NCBI GenBank assembly: GCA_964486105.1
Contig: CAZAKR010000012.1
Coordinates: forward strand, 4,195-68,194
Length of the DNA: 64,000 nucleotides
Source: an uncultured Rhodospirillaceae bacterium
GTDB taxonomy: Bacteria > Pseudomonadota > Alphaproteobacteria > UBA11136
Direction: 5' to 3'
Position numbers and translations under genes: made by a program. The notes below the pieces were generated by a model. The model was not told the origin of the DNA and did not search any database. It saw only the letters and a list, made by a program, of their open reading frames with translations. Within the stretch, counting starts at the first letter, position 1. Every line of letters starts with the position of its first letter. Positions 52,576-61,556 of the stretch are shown here, one piece after another.

Positions 52576-53730
52576 TCAGCCGGTCGCTGCATTTTGCCCT
52601 TCCGCCGGCTGGGTGGAGGTGAAGATATCCTTGAAAATGGCCAGCATGTTCTGGTCGAGCTGGTTTTCCATGCTCTCGAGAATGGCAAAGGCCTTTTCAG
52701 CCGGATAGGCGGGCTTGTAAGAGCGCGCATCGGTCAACGCCCCGAAAATATCGACGATCGCCGACATCCGCGCCAGATCGTTGAGCTTGGCCCCCTTCAG
52801 GCCGCGGGGATAACCCGAGCCGTCGAGTTTTTCATGGTGCTGTTCGGCGATGATAACGGCCCCCTTGGTGACATCCTCCACATCGCCGAGAAGATCGCCC
52901 GAACGGACCACATGATTCTGCATCACCGGCCATTCATCCTCGTCGAGTTTGCCCGGCTTATCGAGAATTTCCAGCGGCGTCACCAGTTTCCCCACATCGT
53001 GCAACAGCCCGCCGGTGGAGAGAATGCGTAAATCATTGCCCTCCATGCCGATGCCGTGACCAAAGAGCGTCAACAGGGTCGCCACCCGCATCGAATGGAC
53101 ATAGGTGTAATTGTGATGGGACTGGACGGTTTTGAGAATGCCGTGATGGGCGCCGCAGCGCACCGCATCGACCTGGGGGGCGCAACTCACATTGGCCGAG
53201 CTGTAACTGATCGGCTCGCCCTTTTCGATCGCCGTGGCGATGGACAGGTATTCCTCCACCGTCATTTTCAAAGGCGCGCGCTCAACCTCGGGCAGCTTTT
53301 CCCACGACGCTTCGACAGCCTGATTAATCAGATCGGAAACCGTGGCGATCAGCGGCAGGGATGAGATCGGCCAGGTCATGTGACGGCTGGTGGCGCCGAA
53401 AAGCTGTAACATGTCCTTGCATTCGTCGCCCTTCATGCCGATCAAAAGCAGCGGCTGCTGCCTGAAATCAACCCGGGCGGCGTTCTGGGTCAGCCAGTTG
53501 ACCTCGTTCTGCCAGACACGTTCGATATCAACCACGGTGACGTCGGGGGGATTTTCGGCGATCGCCTCGCCGGCGCGGTGGGTGTCCTCAAAGGCCTTGA
53601 TATCGAAATGCCCGGTGAGCAGCGCTTTTAAGTTACGCCGATGGGCCTGATCCCGGGCGATAATAAACACACGCGGACGGGTCAGCTCGAACTCAGACGG
53701 ATCTTCTACTGCCGCACTCATCGGGACCAC
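52576..53730 (-). CDS. HD-GYP phosphodiesterase with degenerate receiver-like N-terminus
   Basis: YTYVHS, LLHDVGK, HHEKLDGSGYPRGL, D.F.ALT..R.YK. Confidence 0.92.
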   Translation of the reverse strand: MVPMSAAVEDPSEFELTRPRVFIIARDQAHRRNLKALLTGHFDIKAFEDTHRAGEAIAENPPDVTVVDIERVWQNEVNWLTQNAARVDFRQQPLLLIGMKGDECKDMLQLFGATSRHMTWPISSLPLIATVSDLINQAVEASWEKLPEVERAPLKMTVEEYLSIATAIEKGEPISYSSANVSCAPQVDAVRCGAHHGILKTVQSHHNYTYVHSMRVATLLTLFGHGIGMEGNDLRILSTGGLLHDVGKLVTPLEILDKPGKLDEDEWPVMQNHVVRSGDLLGDVEDVTKGAVIIAEQHHEKLDGSGYPRGLKGAKLNDLARMSAIVDIFGALTDARSYKPAYPAEKAFAILESMENQLDQNMLAIFKDIFTSTQPAEGQNAATG

Positions 53731-53987
53731 CTTTCAGACCCGAACGCCCCAAACCGACGCCCCGGACCGAAAAAAAGCGCACAACCACACGCCGTCCATC
53801 CCAAAGGATGAACCACTTATCATAACCCATTGATAATAGAAGTCATCTCAGAAATAGTTAACGCTAGAAATGGCCCCTAAACGAACGAGTTTCAAGGAGT
53901 AACTTGGTTGGGGAGTGTTGGGGGTGTGATGGAGGTGTGGGGTGAAGGCCACTTTATCTTTTTTCAGACAGGGTATAAGTTTCCGCC

Positions 53988-54143
53988 ACGGTCCGTGCGT
54001 GGGGAAAAGACTCTCTGAGTGACTTCACGCCGGGCTATGAGTGTCCATGGGCACGGCCCGCTCCCACATCGCTGTAAAATCGGGAAGGCGATGTGCGTAG
54101 GTGCGTCGCAGGAAAGAGGCCGGGCGCACCACCGGGAATTTTT
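53988..54143 (+). ncRNA. Unidentified structured RNA candidate
   Basis: Three consecutive stem domains with G-U pairs on the + strand; upstream TTTATC-17nt-TAAGTT; short T-run at the end. No family recognised. Confidence 0.45.
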
Positions 54144-54149
54144 ACCCCC

Positions 54150-56396
54150 CTAAAACTTATTGTTCTTCGGGAAGCCCTTCGGCGCCAGGCGTCCGGCCTG
54201 GGCGCGCTTGCCGAGCCAGTCGGTGAGCTTTGTTTCCACCGTTGTGCCGCGCCCGGTCTGCCATGAGAGGCCCTCCTTGAGGGTGAAAACCTTGGCATCG
54301 GACAGGCCGCCGTCTTTGTATTTCTGCAGCATGACGCCGCGGCCCCTTGTCATCACCGGCACCACCGCTTCCTTGCCCTCGGTCAGGGGGAAGAGGATCA
54401 GTTTATGGTTCTCGCCGATGGCAGCCACGTAATCGCCATTCTCAGGCACCGTTGAACACACATGGGCCTCTGTGTCGCCCTTGACGTTGAGAACCTGTTT
54501 GCCGTTTTTGGTCTGGGCGACCACCTCTTTTTCATCAACCATAAAGCCGCGCCCGTCAGTGGCGGCGACCAGCAGGCGGCGCGCCGGGTCGTGGATGTTG
54601 AGGGCCACGGGCGCGCTGTCGCGCCCCAGATCGATCATCATCGACAAGGGTTCACCATGGCCGCGGCCACCGGGCAGCCTGTCAACGCCGATGGTGTAAA
54701 AGCGCCCGTTGGTGGCGAAGATGATGAGCTTGTCGGTGGTCTGGGCGTGAAGAATAAAGCGGCCCTTGTCGCCTTCCTTGTATTTAAGATCATCGGTTTT
54801 TTCGAGATGGCCGCGCGCGGCGCGTATCCAGCCCTTTTCCGAACAGATGATGGTGACCGGCTCACGCTCGATCATCGCTTCCAGGGGCACCACGACATTC
54901 GCCGGGGGGGCGCCGAAATCGGAACGCCTTGCGCCGATGTCGGTTTTCTGGCCGAAGCGTTTCTTGATTTCCGCGATCTCGCCCCCGATCACCTTCCAGC
55001 GTTTCTTGGCATCTTTGAGCAGACCCTTAAGACTTTTTTCTTCCCCCTTCAGGGCATCGAATTCGGAGCGTATGGCGATCTCGTCGAGCTTGCGCAAGCG
55101 GCGCAGACGCATGTCGAGAATGGCCTCGGCCTGAATATCGGTGAGTTTGAACTTTTTGCGTAATTTGGGCTTTGGCTCATCCTCGTCGCGGATGATGCGG
55201 ATCACGGCGTCGAGATTGGCGTAAACGATCAGATAGCCGCCCAGAATCTCCAGCCGGTGGGCGATCTTCTCCAGGCGGAATTTGGTGCGCCGTTTCAAGA
55301 CCACATGGCGATGATCGAGAAAAGCCTGCAACACCTCGCGCAGGGGCATCACCCGGGGCGTGCCCTCGGCGTCGAGGACGTTGAGGTTGAGGGGGATCCG
55401 CACATCGAGATCGCTCTGGCGGTAAAGGGATTCCATCAGCAGTTCGGCATCAACGGTGCGGTTCTTGGGCTCGATCACCAGCCTGAGATCGGCCGCCGAT
55501 TCATCGCGTATATCGCCGAGCATGGCCAGTTTGCGGTCATGAAGCAGTTCGGCGATTTTCTCGATCAGGCGGGATTTCTGTACCTGATAGGGAATTTCGG
55601 TAACCACGATCTGGTACTGGCCGTGGGGCAGCTTTTCAATTTCCCACCGGGCGCGGAGACGAAAACCGCCCCGCCCTTTTGTATAGGCCTCGAGAATATT
55701 TTCTTTCGATTCAACAATGGTGCCGCCAGTGGGGAAATCCGGCCCCGGCATGAAACCAACGAGCTTGGCGATGGTCGCCCTGGGGAACTTGATCAGGTGG
55801 ATCAGGGCGTCACAGATCTCGCCGGCATTATGGGGCGGGATCGAGGTCGCCATGCCGACCGCGATACCCGTCGCGCCATTGGCCAGAAGGTTCGGGAAAC
55901 CGGCGGGGAGAACCGCGGGCTCTTCTTCCTCGCCGTCATAGGTGGCGCGGAAATCCACCGCGTCCTCGGAAATTCCCTCAAGCAGGGTTGTCGCAATCTC
56001 GGTCAGCCGGGCCTCGGTATAACGCATGGCGGCGGCGTTATCGCCGTCGATATTGCCGAAATTTCCGTGGCCCTCGACCAGCATGTAACGCTGGGCGAAA
56101 TCCTGGGCCAGACGCACCATGGCGTCATAGACCGCCACATCGCCATGGGGATGATATTTACCGATCACATCACCGACGACCCGGGCGCACTTCTTATAGC
56201 CCGATTTGGGATCGAGCTTGAGTTGCTGCATGGCGTAGAGGAGCCGCCGGTGAACCGGTTTCAGCCCGTCGCGGACATCCGGCAGGGAGCGCGAGGTGAT
56301 GGTAGAGAGCGCATAAGAGAGATATCGCTCGCCAAGGGCCTCGGCGAGGGGCGCATCACGAACATTTGCGGCGGACGCGCGGGATGTTTTCGACAT
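54150..56396 (-). CDS. parC: DNA topoisomerase IV subunit A
   Basis: [34 protein letters not shown]; short C-terminal domain with no GyrA box. Confidence 0.96.
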   Translation of the reverse strand: MSKTSRASAANVRDAPLAEALGERYLSYALSTITSRSLPDVRDGLKPVHRRLLYAMQQLKLDPKSGYKKCARVVGDVIGKYHPHGDVAVYDAMVRLAQDFAQRYMLVEGHGNFGNIDGDNAAAMRYTEARLTEIATTLLEGISEDAVDFRATYDGEEEEPAVLPAGFPNLLANGATGIAVGMATSIPPHNAGEICDALIHLIKFPRATIAKLVGFMPGPDFPTGGTIVESKENILEAYTKGRGGFRLRARWEIEKLPHGQYQIVVTEIPYQVQKSRLIEKIAELLHDRKLAMLGDIRDESAADLRLVIEPKNRTVDAELLMESLYRQSDLDVRIPLNLNVLDAEGTPRVMPLREVLQAFLDHRHVVLKRRTKFRLEKIAHRLEILGGYLIVYANLDAVIRIIRDEDEPKPKLRKKFKLTDIQAEAILDMRLRRLRKLDEIAIRSEFDALKGEEKSLKGLLKDAKKRWKVIGGEIAEIKKRFGQKTDIGARRSDFGAPPANVVVPLEAMIEREPVTIICSEKGWIRAARGHLEKTDDLKYKEGDKGRFILHAQTTDKLIIFATNGRFYTIGVDRLPGGRGHGEPLSMMIDLGRDSAPVALNIHDPARRLLVAATDGRGFMVDEKEVVAQTKNGKQVLNVKGDTEAHVCSTVPENGDYVAAIGENHKLILFPLTEGKEAVVPVMTRGRGVMLQKYKDGGLSDAKVFTLKEGLSWQTGRGTTVETKLTDWLGKRAQAGRLAPKGFPKNNKF

Positions 56397-56423
56397 TTAC
56401 GAATTTACTCGAGAATTAGGGGT

Positions 56424-57188
56424 TCAGACACCAGATATTGTAGTTATTCCAGCCAGACGGTCAACCAGTCGATGGCGCGCCGGGGGCAGCCCCTTGTGGT
56501 GAGGGGCGAAAACATGGCGCTCGAGAAAGCTGGCGGTCAGTCTCAGCCCCTCCAGAACGGCCTCGGGGGACGCCGCGGCGGTGTCCGGGGTGTCATCCGA
56601 TGCGAGGCCGCCGGGGCGCAGGAATGGCGGCAGGGGGAGCAATTTATCGACGTAGGGCGCCCCGGCAGCGGCCGATACGGCACGGCCCGATTTGGGCGAC
56701 ACATAGACCAGGTCGTCGCTCGTCCCGGTAGCAGCACAGGTTGAGAGATCAAGGCCGAAACCGAGATCGGCGAGAAGCCCGATTTCCCAGCAGATATAAG
56801 CCTCCGCCCAGTGCTCTCCGGGCAACGCCTCAAGCAGGCCGAGGAAGTCGAGATAGATCTTTTCATGGGGCTCGCGCTCGGGCAGGGCCGCCTCGGCCAT
56901 GGCGCAGGCCGAGGTGAGTGCGGCCAGGCGGTCGGGGTCATCGAGGAAGCCGGCGCTATGGGCGCTGTCCACTTCGATCGTGTAATTGCCCAGATGCTCC
57001 TCCAGCCGTGCCCGCCAGCTTGCAGCCAGCAGATTGCCCGCCTGCAGCATGCCCCGCTTGGTGCGCGAAAAACCGCCCCGCACCAGACCGGCATGGCGGC
57101 CGTGTTCCCTGGTCAACAGGGTGAGAATGGCCGAACTGTCGCCGTGGCGGCGGGCCGAGAGAACGATGCCGCTGTCAGTCCAGTCCAT
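56424..57188 (-). CDS. recO: DNA repair protein RecO
   Basis: W.D.GIVL..R.HG, W.ARL.EHLG, GFGLDL..CAATG, YVSPKSGRAVS. Confidence 0.96.
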   Translation of the reverse strand: MDWTDSGIVLSARRHGDSSAILTLLTREHGRHAGLVRGGFSRTKRGMLQAGNLLAASWRARLEEHLGNYTIEVDSAHSAGFLDDPDRLAALTSACAMAEAALPEREPHEKIYLDFLGLLEALPGEHWAEAYICWEIGLLADLGFGLDLSTCAATGTSDDLVYVSPKSGRAVSAAAGAPYVDKLLPLPPFLRPGGLASDDTPDTAAASPEAVLEGLRLTASFLERHVFAPHHKGLPPARHRLVDRLAGITTISGV

Positions 57189-57350
57189 CTAGCGATTCTT
57201 GTGGCGCTGCATGGCTTCGGTTTCGGCGACCACCATCATCACGCTGAGAAAGATCAGAATGACGAGCCAGAAGTTGAGTGGCGAGAGAACCTTTTTATGC
57301 CAGGCGCTCACGTCGAGCTGGCGATAGATTTTATGGCGCAGATGTTTCAT
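57189..57350 (-). pseudogene. 53-aa remnant of an ion-transport (K+ channel-like) gene
   Basis: Not in the ORF track. MKHLRHKIYRQLDVSAWHKKVLSPLNFWLVILIFLSVMMVVAETE-AMQRHKNR*; GGTGAG RBS; stop abuts the recO ATG. Confidence 0.55.
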
Positions 57351-57375
57351 CGCTCACCACTCTAGACCCATTTCC

Positions 57376-58296
57376 TCAGGCGTTGTAGTCCAGCCCCAGG
57401 GCGCGGAAATAGCGCGGGTCTTCCGACCATTTATCGTGTTTCTTGACCCGCAGGAAAAGATGCACCTTGCAATCCAGCATCGCCTCCAGCTCGGCCCGGG
57501 CCTGCGCCCCGATCTCTTTTATGCGGCTACCGCCCTTACCCAGCACGATCCCCTTCTGGCTGTCGCGCTGGACATAGACCACCTGTTCGATCTTTACATC
57601 GCCGTTGTCGAAATTCTCCCAGGTCTCGGTTTCCACCGCGATGGCATAGGGCAGCTCCTGATGAAGTTGCAAAAACACCTGTTCGCGGGTGATCTCGGCG
57701 GCGAGCAGACGCTGGGGCATATCGCTCAACTGATCCTCGGGAAAAAGCCACGGCCCCTTGGGCAGACCGGGCAGGATCGTGCCCATCAGATCGTCCACCC
57801 CCTCGCCCTCCAAGGCCGAAATCATAAAGGTATGATCGAATTTTCCGGCCTCGTTAAGGCGCTGGGTAAGCTCAAGCAGCACGGAAGGTTTGACCAGATC
57901 GATCTTGTTGAGAACCAGAAAAACCGGGCGCGGTTTGCCCTCGCTTGCGTATTTGGCCAGCCCCTCGACGATATCCCTGGTGTCGGCGTCAAAGCCCTTT
58001 TTGGCATCGACCATCAGCACCACCACATCGGCCTCTTTGGCGCCGCCCCAGGCTGCAGCCACCATCGCCCGGTCAAAACGCTTCTTGGGCGTGAAAATGC
58101 CCGGCGTATCGATGAAAACGATCTGGGCGTCGCCGATCACCGCAATGCCGAGGACCCGGTTGCGGGTGGTCTGGACCTTCGGCGAGACGATTGTCACCTT
58201 GGCCCCGACCAGGCGGTTGACCAGAGTCGATTTACCGGCATTCGGCGCGCCGAGCACGGCGACATAGCCGCAACGCATGTTTTCAGGCGCACTCAT
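57376..58296 (-). CDS. era: GTPase Era
   Basis: GAPNAGKST, QTTR, DTPG, NKID, KH domain ELPY...KGIVLGKGG. Confidence 0.98.
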   Translation of the reverse strand: MSAPENMRCGYVAVLGAPNAGKSTLVNRLVGAKVTIVSPKVQTTRNRVLGIAVIGDAQIVFIDTPGIFTPKKRFDRAMVAAAWGGAKEADVVVLMVDAKKGFDADTRDIVEGLAKYASEGKPRPVFLVLNKIDLVKPSVLLELTQRLNEAGKFDHTFMISALEGEGVDDLMGTILPGLPKGPWLFPEDQLSDMPQRLLAAEITREQVFLQLHQELPYAIAVETETWENFDNGDVKIEQVVYVQRDSQKGIVLGKGGSRIKEIGAQARAELEAMLDCKVHLFLRVKKHDKWSEDPRYFRALGLDYNA

Positions 58297-58991
58297 GACC
58301 GTTTTTCCTCAATATCGCCCAAAAGCACGGCGGCGGCGGCCTGTTCGGCGGCCCGTTTGTTGGTCCCCGATCCGGTGGCCGGCGGATGGCCGGTAAGACG
58401 CGCCTCGACTGTGAATTGCGGCGCGTGGTCGGGGCCTTCGCGGTCGGTAACCGTATAGACCGGCAGGGGAAGCCCCCGCGCCATGGCCCATTCCTGAAGC
58501 GCCGTCTTGGAATCGGTCGGCGGAGCGGCGGTGATCGAGGCGATCAGACCGGCCCAGTGGGTGGAGATAAAATTTCTTGCCGCCTCCAGGCCGCCATCAA
58601 GATAAAGGGCGGCGATGACCGCTTCCAGGCAATCGGCGAGAATACCCGGATGGTCGCGTCCGCCCTGATCCACCTCACCCTGGGAAAGGGTGAGAAAACG
58701 GCCCAAATCCATATCCCTGGCGATTTCGGACAAGGCATCGCCACGAACCAGGGCGACCAGACGCCGGGAAAGATCGCCCTCATTGTCGTCGGGAAAGCGT
58801 TCCATCAGCAGATCGGCGACGACCAGCCCCAAAACCCGGTCGCCGAGAAATTCAAGCCGTTCGAAATCCTCGCCGGGCCGCGCCGCCTCACTAACGCTGG
58901 AATGGGTCAGGGCCTCGGACAAAAGGGCCGGATTGGCAAAGCCATGGCCGAGGCGGGTTTCCAGTTCCGTGCGGGGGTTGCCTGAGGTCAT
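58293..58991 (-). CDS. rnc: Ribonuclease III
   Basis: ALTHSS, ERLEFLGDRVL, D..EA.IAA.YLDGG, dsRBD KTALQEW. Confidence 0.98.
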   Translation of the reverse strand: MTSGNPRTELETRLGHGFANPALLSEALTHSSVSEAARPGEDFERLEFLGDRVLGLVVADLLMERFPDDNEGDLSRRLVALVRGDALSEIARDMDLGRFLTLSQGEVDQGGRDHPGILADCLEAVIAALYLDGGLEAARNFISTHWAGLIASITAAPPTDSKTALQEWAMARGLPLPVYTVTDREGPDHAPQFTVEARLTGHPPATGSGTNKRAAEQAAAAVLLGDIEEKRS

Positions 58992-59003
58992 CGGGGCCAA
59001 AAC

Positions 59004-59750
59004 CTAGCCGATTCCATGGAAAAGACGATCCCAGCGGATCGACTGGGGCCATTTCCATATTTCCCAGAAGCGGGCGCTGCCGTTGGTCGAGAAGAAAACC
59101 ACTTCCGCCCGGCCGACAAGATTTTCCGCCGGAATGAAACCGACACCGGTAGAAACCCGGCTATCGAGGGAATTGTCGCGGTTGTCGCCCATGGCGAAAT
59201 AATGGCCCTCAGGGATGGAAAACAAGGTCGTATTGTCTAGGGGCGAGACATCGTTCATCTCGATAATTTCATGGTCCACCCCATTCGGCAGGGTCTCGTC
59301 ATAAAGCGGCACCTGGATATAACGGCCAAAACCGTCATGGGTGGTGAATTCGCCGATACGTTGACGCTCAACCGGCTTGCCGTTGATCGACAGAATACCT
59401 TTATTCACCTGCACCGTGTCGCCGGGCAGGCCGACGATGCGCTTGATATAGTCGGTTTCGTTATCAGACGGCAGCTTGAAGACCGCCACATCGCCCCGCT
59501 GGGGGCTATCGAAGAAAATCCGCCCGGGGATCAGGGGCAAACCGAAAGGCAGGGAATAGCGGCTGTAGCCATAGGAATATTTCGAGACAAAGAGATAATC
59601 ACCGACCAGCAATGTGGGGATCATCGAGCCCGAGGGGATGTTGAACGGTTCATAAGCGAAGGTGCGGATAAAAAGGGCGATCACCACGGCCCATGAAACC
59701 GTGCGGACCATTTCCCAGAATCCACCCTCGTCTTTCTTATTATCTGACAT
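59004..59750 (-). CDS. lepB: Signal peptidase I
   Basis: IPSGSM.PTL..GD, YIKR..GLPGD, GDNRDNS.DSR. Confidence 0.98.
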   Translation of the reverse strand: MSDNKKDEGGFWEMVRTVSWAVVIALFIRTFAYEPFNIPSGSMIPTLLVGDYLFVSKYSYGYSRYSLPFGLPLIPGRIFFDSPQRGDVAVFKLPSDNETDYIKRIVGLPGDTVQVNKGILSINGKPVERQRIGEFTTHDGFGRYIQVPLYDETLPNGVDHEIIEMNDVSPLDNTTLFSIPEGHYFAMGDNRDNSLDSRVSTGVGFIPAENLVGRAEVVFFSTNGSARFWEIWKWPQSIRWDRLFHGIG

Positions 59751-59864
59751 TAATAACTGCCTTTAAGCTATTGTTTATATGGTAATTATATGGATATTGA
59801 ATATATGTGGTTGGGGGGATGAAGCCAGTTGGCGCCGGCCCTGTCAAGACGCCCGACGCCACCC

Positions 59865-60269
59865 TCAGCCATCCTTGCTTACAGCCGTGATGACGACGAT
59901 CGCCTGGGCCATCGGCGGCTCGTCGGTAATCGTCAGATCAATACTCGCCGTCATCCCCTTTGGCGTCATCTCATCGAGACGTTTTTTAGCGCCGCCGGTG
60001 AGCAGCAATGACGGTTTGCCGGAATCCTGATTAACCACCCCAAGATCATGGAAGAACACACCATCGCGGAAACCGGTGCCCAGCGCCTTTGAACAGGCCT
60101 CCTTGGCGGCAAAGCGTTTGGCGTAGCTGGCGACCCGGTTTTTGCGCCCATCGGATTTTTGCCGCTCAACCGGCGTAAACACACGCTCGATGAAGCGGTC
60201 GCCGAAACGCTCCAGGGTGCGCTCAATGCGGCGGATATCGATCAAATCGCTGCCCAGGCCCAGAATCAC
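59865..60269 (-). CDS. acpS: Holo-ACP synthase
   Basis: GLGSD, RFAAKEA..KALGTG, GKP. Confidence 0.96.
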   Translation of the reverse strand: MILGLGSDLIDIRRIERTLERFGDRFIERVFTPVERQKSDGRKNRVASYAKRFAAKEACSKALGTGFRDGVFFHDLGVVNQDSGKPSLLLTGGAKKRLDEMTPKGMTASIDLTITDEPPMAQAIVVITAVSKDG

Positions 60270-61018
60270 GGCGTCCCCTCATTAAGCCCGGCGCGGGCTT
60301 CGTCCATACAGTCGCGCATACGTCCTATGGCCGCCTCAAGCCCGGTGAAAACCGCCTCACCGATAAGGAAATGGCCGATATTGAGTTCGCGAATATTGAT
60401 AATGGCCGCCACCGGCGCCACCGTATCGAAGGTGAGCCCGTGGCCGGCATGGCATTCCAGCCCCAACCGTTCGGCGTTGGCGGCGGCGACCTTGATGCGG
60501 GCTAGCTCCCTATCCCTGGCGGCACCCTCGGCCTCACAATAAGCGCCGGTATGGAGCTCGACCACCGGAGCGCCGAGTTCAACCGCCGCCTCCAATTGGG
60601 CGATGGCGGGGTCGATAAAGAGCGAAACCCTTATCCCGGCCTCATTGAGACGGGCGATATGGGGACCGAGCTGGTCCTTCAGGGCCAAAGCGTCCAGCCC
60701 GCCTTCGGTGGTCAGCTCGGCGCGTTTCTCCGGCACCAGACAACAGGCATGGGGGCGGTATTGAAGGGCAATTTCAACCATTTCATCGGTCGCCGCCATC
60801 TCAAGGTTTAGCGGCAGGGAAATGGTTTCCATCAGCCGCGCGATATCGTCGTCGCGGATATGGCGGCGGTCCTCGCGCAGATGGGCGGTAATCCCGTCGC
60901 CGCCCGCCGCCTCAACCAGCTTTGCGGCGCGCAGGGGATCGGGATAATCGACGCCCCGCGCATTACGCAGGGTGGCAACGTGGTCGATATTAACGCCGAG
61001 GCGCTGTTTCGCCGTCAT
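60266..61018 (-). CDS. pdxJ: Pyridoxine 5'-phosphate synthase
   Basis: [43 protein letters not shown]. Confidence 0.98.
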   Translation of the reverse strand: MTAKQRLGVNIDHVATLRNARGVDYPDPLRAAKLVEAAGGDGITAHLREDRRHIRDDDIARLMETISLPLNLEMAATDEMVEIALQYRPHACCLVPEKRAELTTEGGLDALALKDQLGPHIARLNEAGIRVSLFIDPAIAQLEAAVELGAPVVELHTGAYCEAEGAARDRELARIKVAAANAERLGLECHAGHGLTFDTVAPVAAIINIRELNIGHFLIGEAVFTGLEAAIGRMRDCMDEARAGLNEGTP

Positions 61019-61022
61019 CAGC

Positions 61023-61556
61023 TTATACTTTCCGCCGCTTTTCAAGCTTCGCCTGACGGTGGCGCTGATAACCGGCAACGGCCTTTTTCAAAGGAAAATA
61101 GAAAATAATCCAGACCAGAACCGCCGTCGGCAAACTGCCCAGGAACATCGGCAGGAAAACCTCTAAGGGATGATCGAAAATGATATCCATGGTCAACGCG
61201 TCGGGCAGACCGTCATCGGCCTCACCACCGAGCATCAACTGGCCGAGCTTGTAGATCCACACCCATATAAAGGGAAAAGTCCAGGGGTTCCCCACCGCCG
61301 TGCCCAAGGCCGAAGCGATGATATGGGCATTGATGGCCCAGGCAAGAAGCGCCGCGATAATGAAATGGAACCCGATAAAAGGAGTGAAGGAAATAGCCAC
61401 ACCGCAGGCAAAGCCGGCGGCAATGCTGTATGGGCTGCCGGACAGGCGCATGATCCTGTGACCGAGATAACGGCCCGCCCGTTTCCACCCCGAACGCGGC
61501 CAGACGTATTCCCGCACCTTGTGATGCAAATGGAGTTTACGGCGACGCAGAAACAT
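61023..61556 (-). CDS. DUF2062 family membrane protein
   Basis: WPR.GW.R, SPYSIAAG.A.G, GNPWTFP. Confidence 0.9.
   Translation of the reverse strand: MFLRRRKLHLHHKVREYVWPRSGWKRAGRYLGHRIMRLSGSPYSIAAGFACGVAISFTPFIGFHFIIAALLAWAINAHIIASALGTAVGNPWTFPFIWVWIYKLGQLMLGGEADDGLPDALTMDIIFDHPLEVFLPMFLGSLPTAVLVWIIFYFPLKKAVAGYQRHRQAKLEKRRKV

Noticed and set aside
53905-53948. G/T-rich stretch as a G-quadruplex
   Set aside because: Only three runs of 3 or more G with irregular loops; no supporting evidence.
53988-54143. Cobalamin, TPP or c-di-GMP riboswitch
   Set aside because: Only short fragments match (CTG...CGGGAAGG, CTGAG, GCGTAGG). Core consensus elements are missing and there is no downstream gene on that strand.
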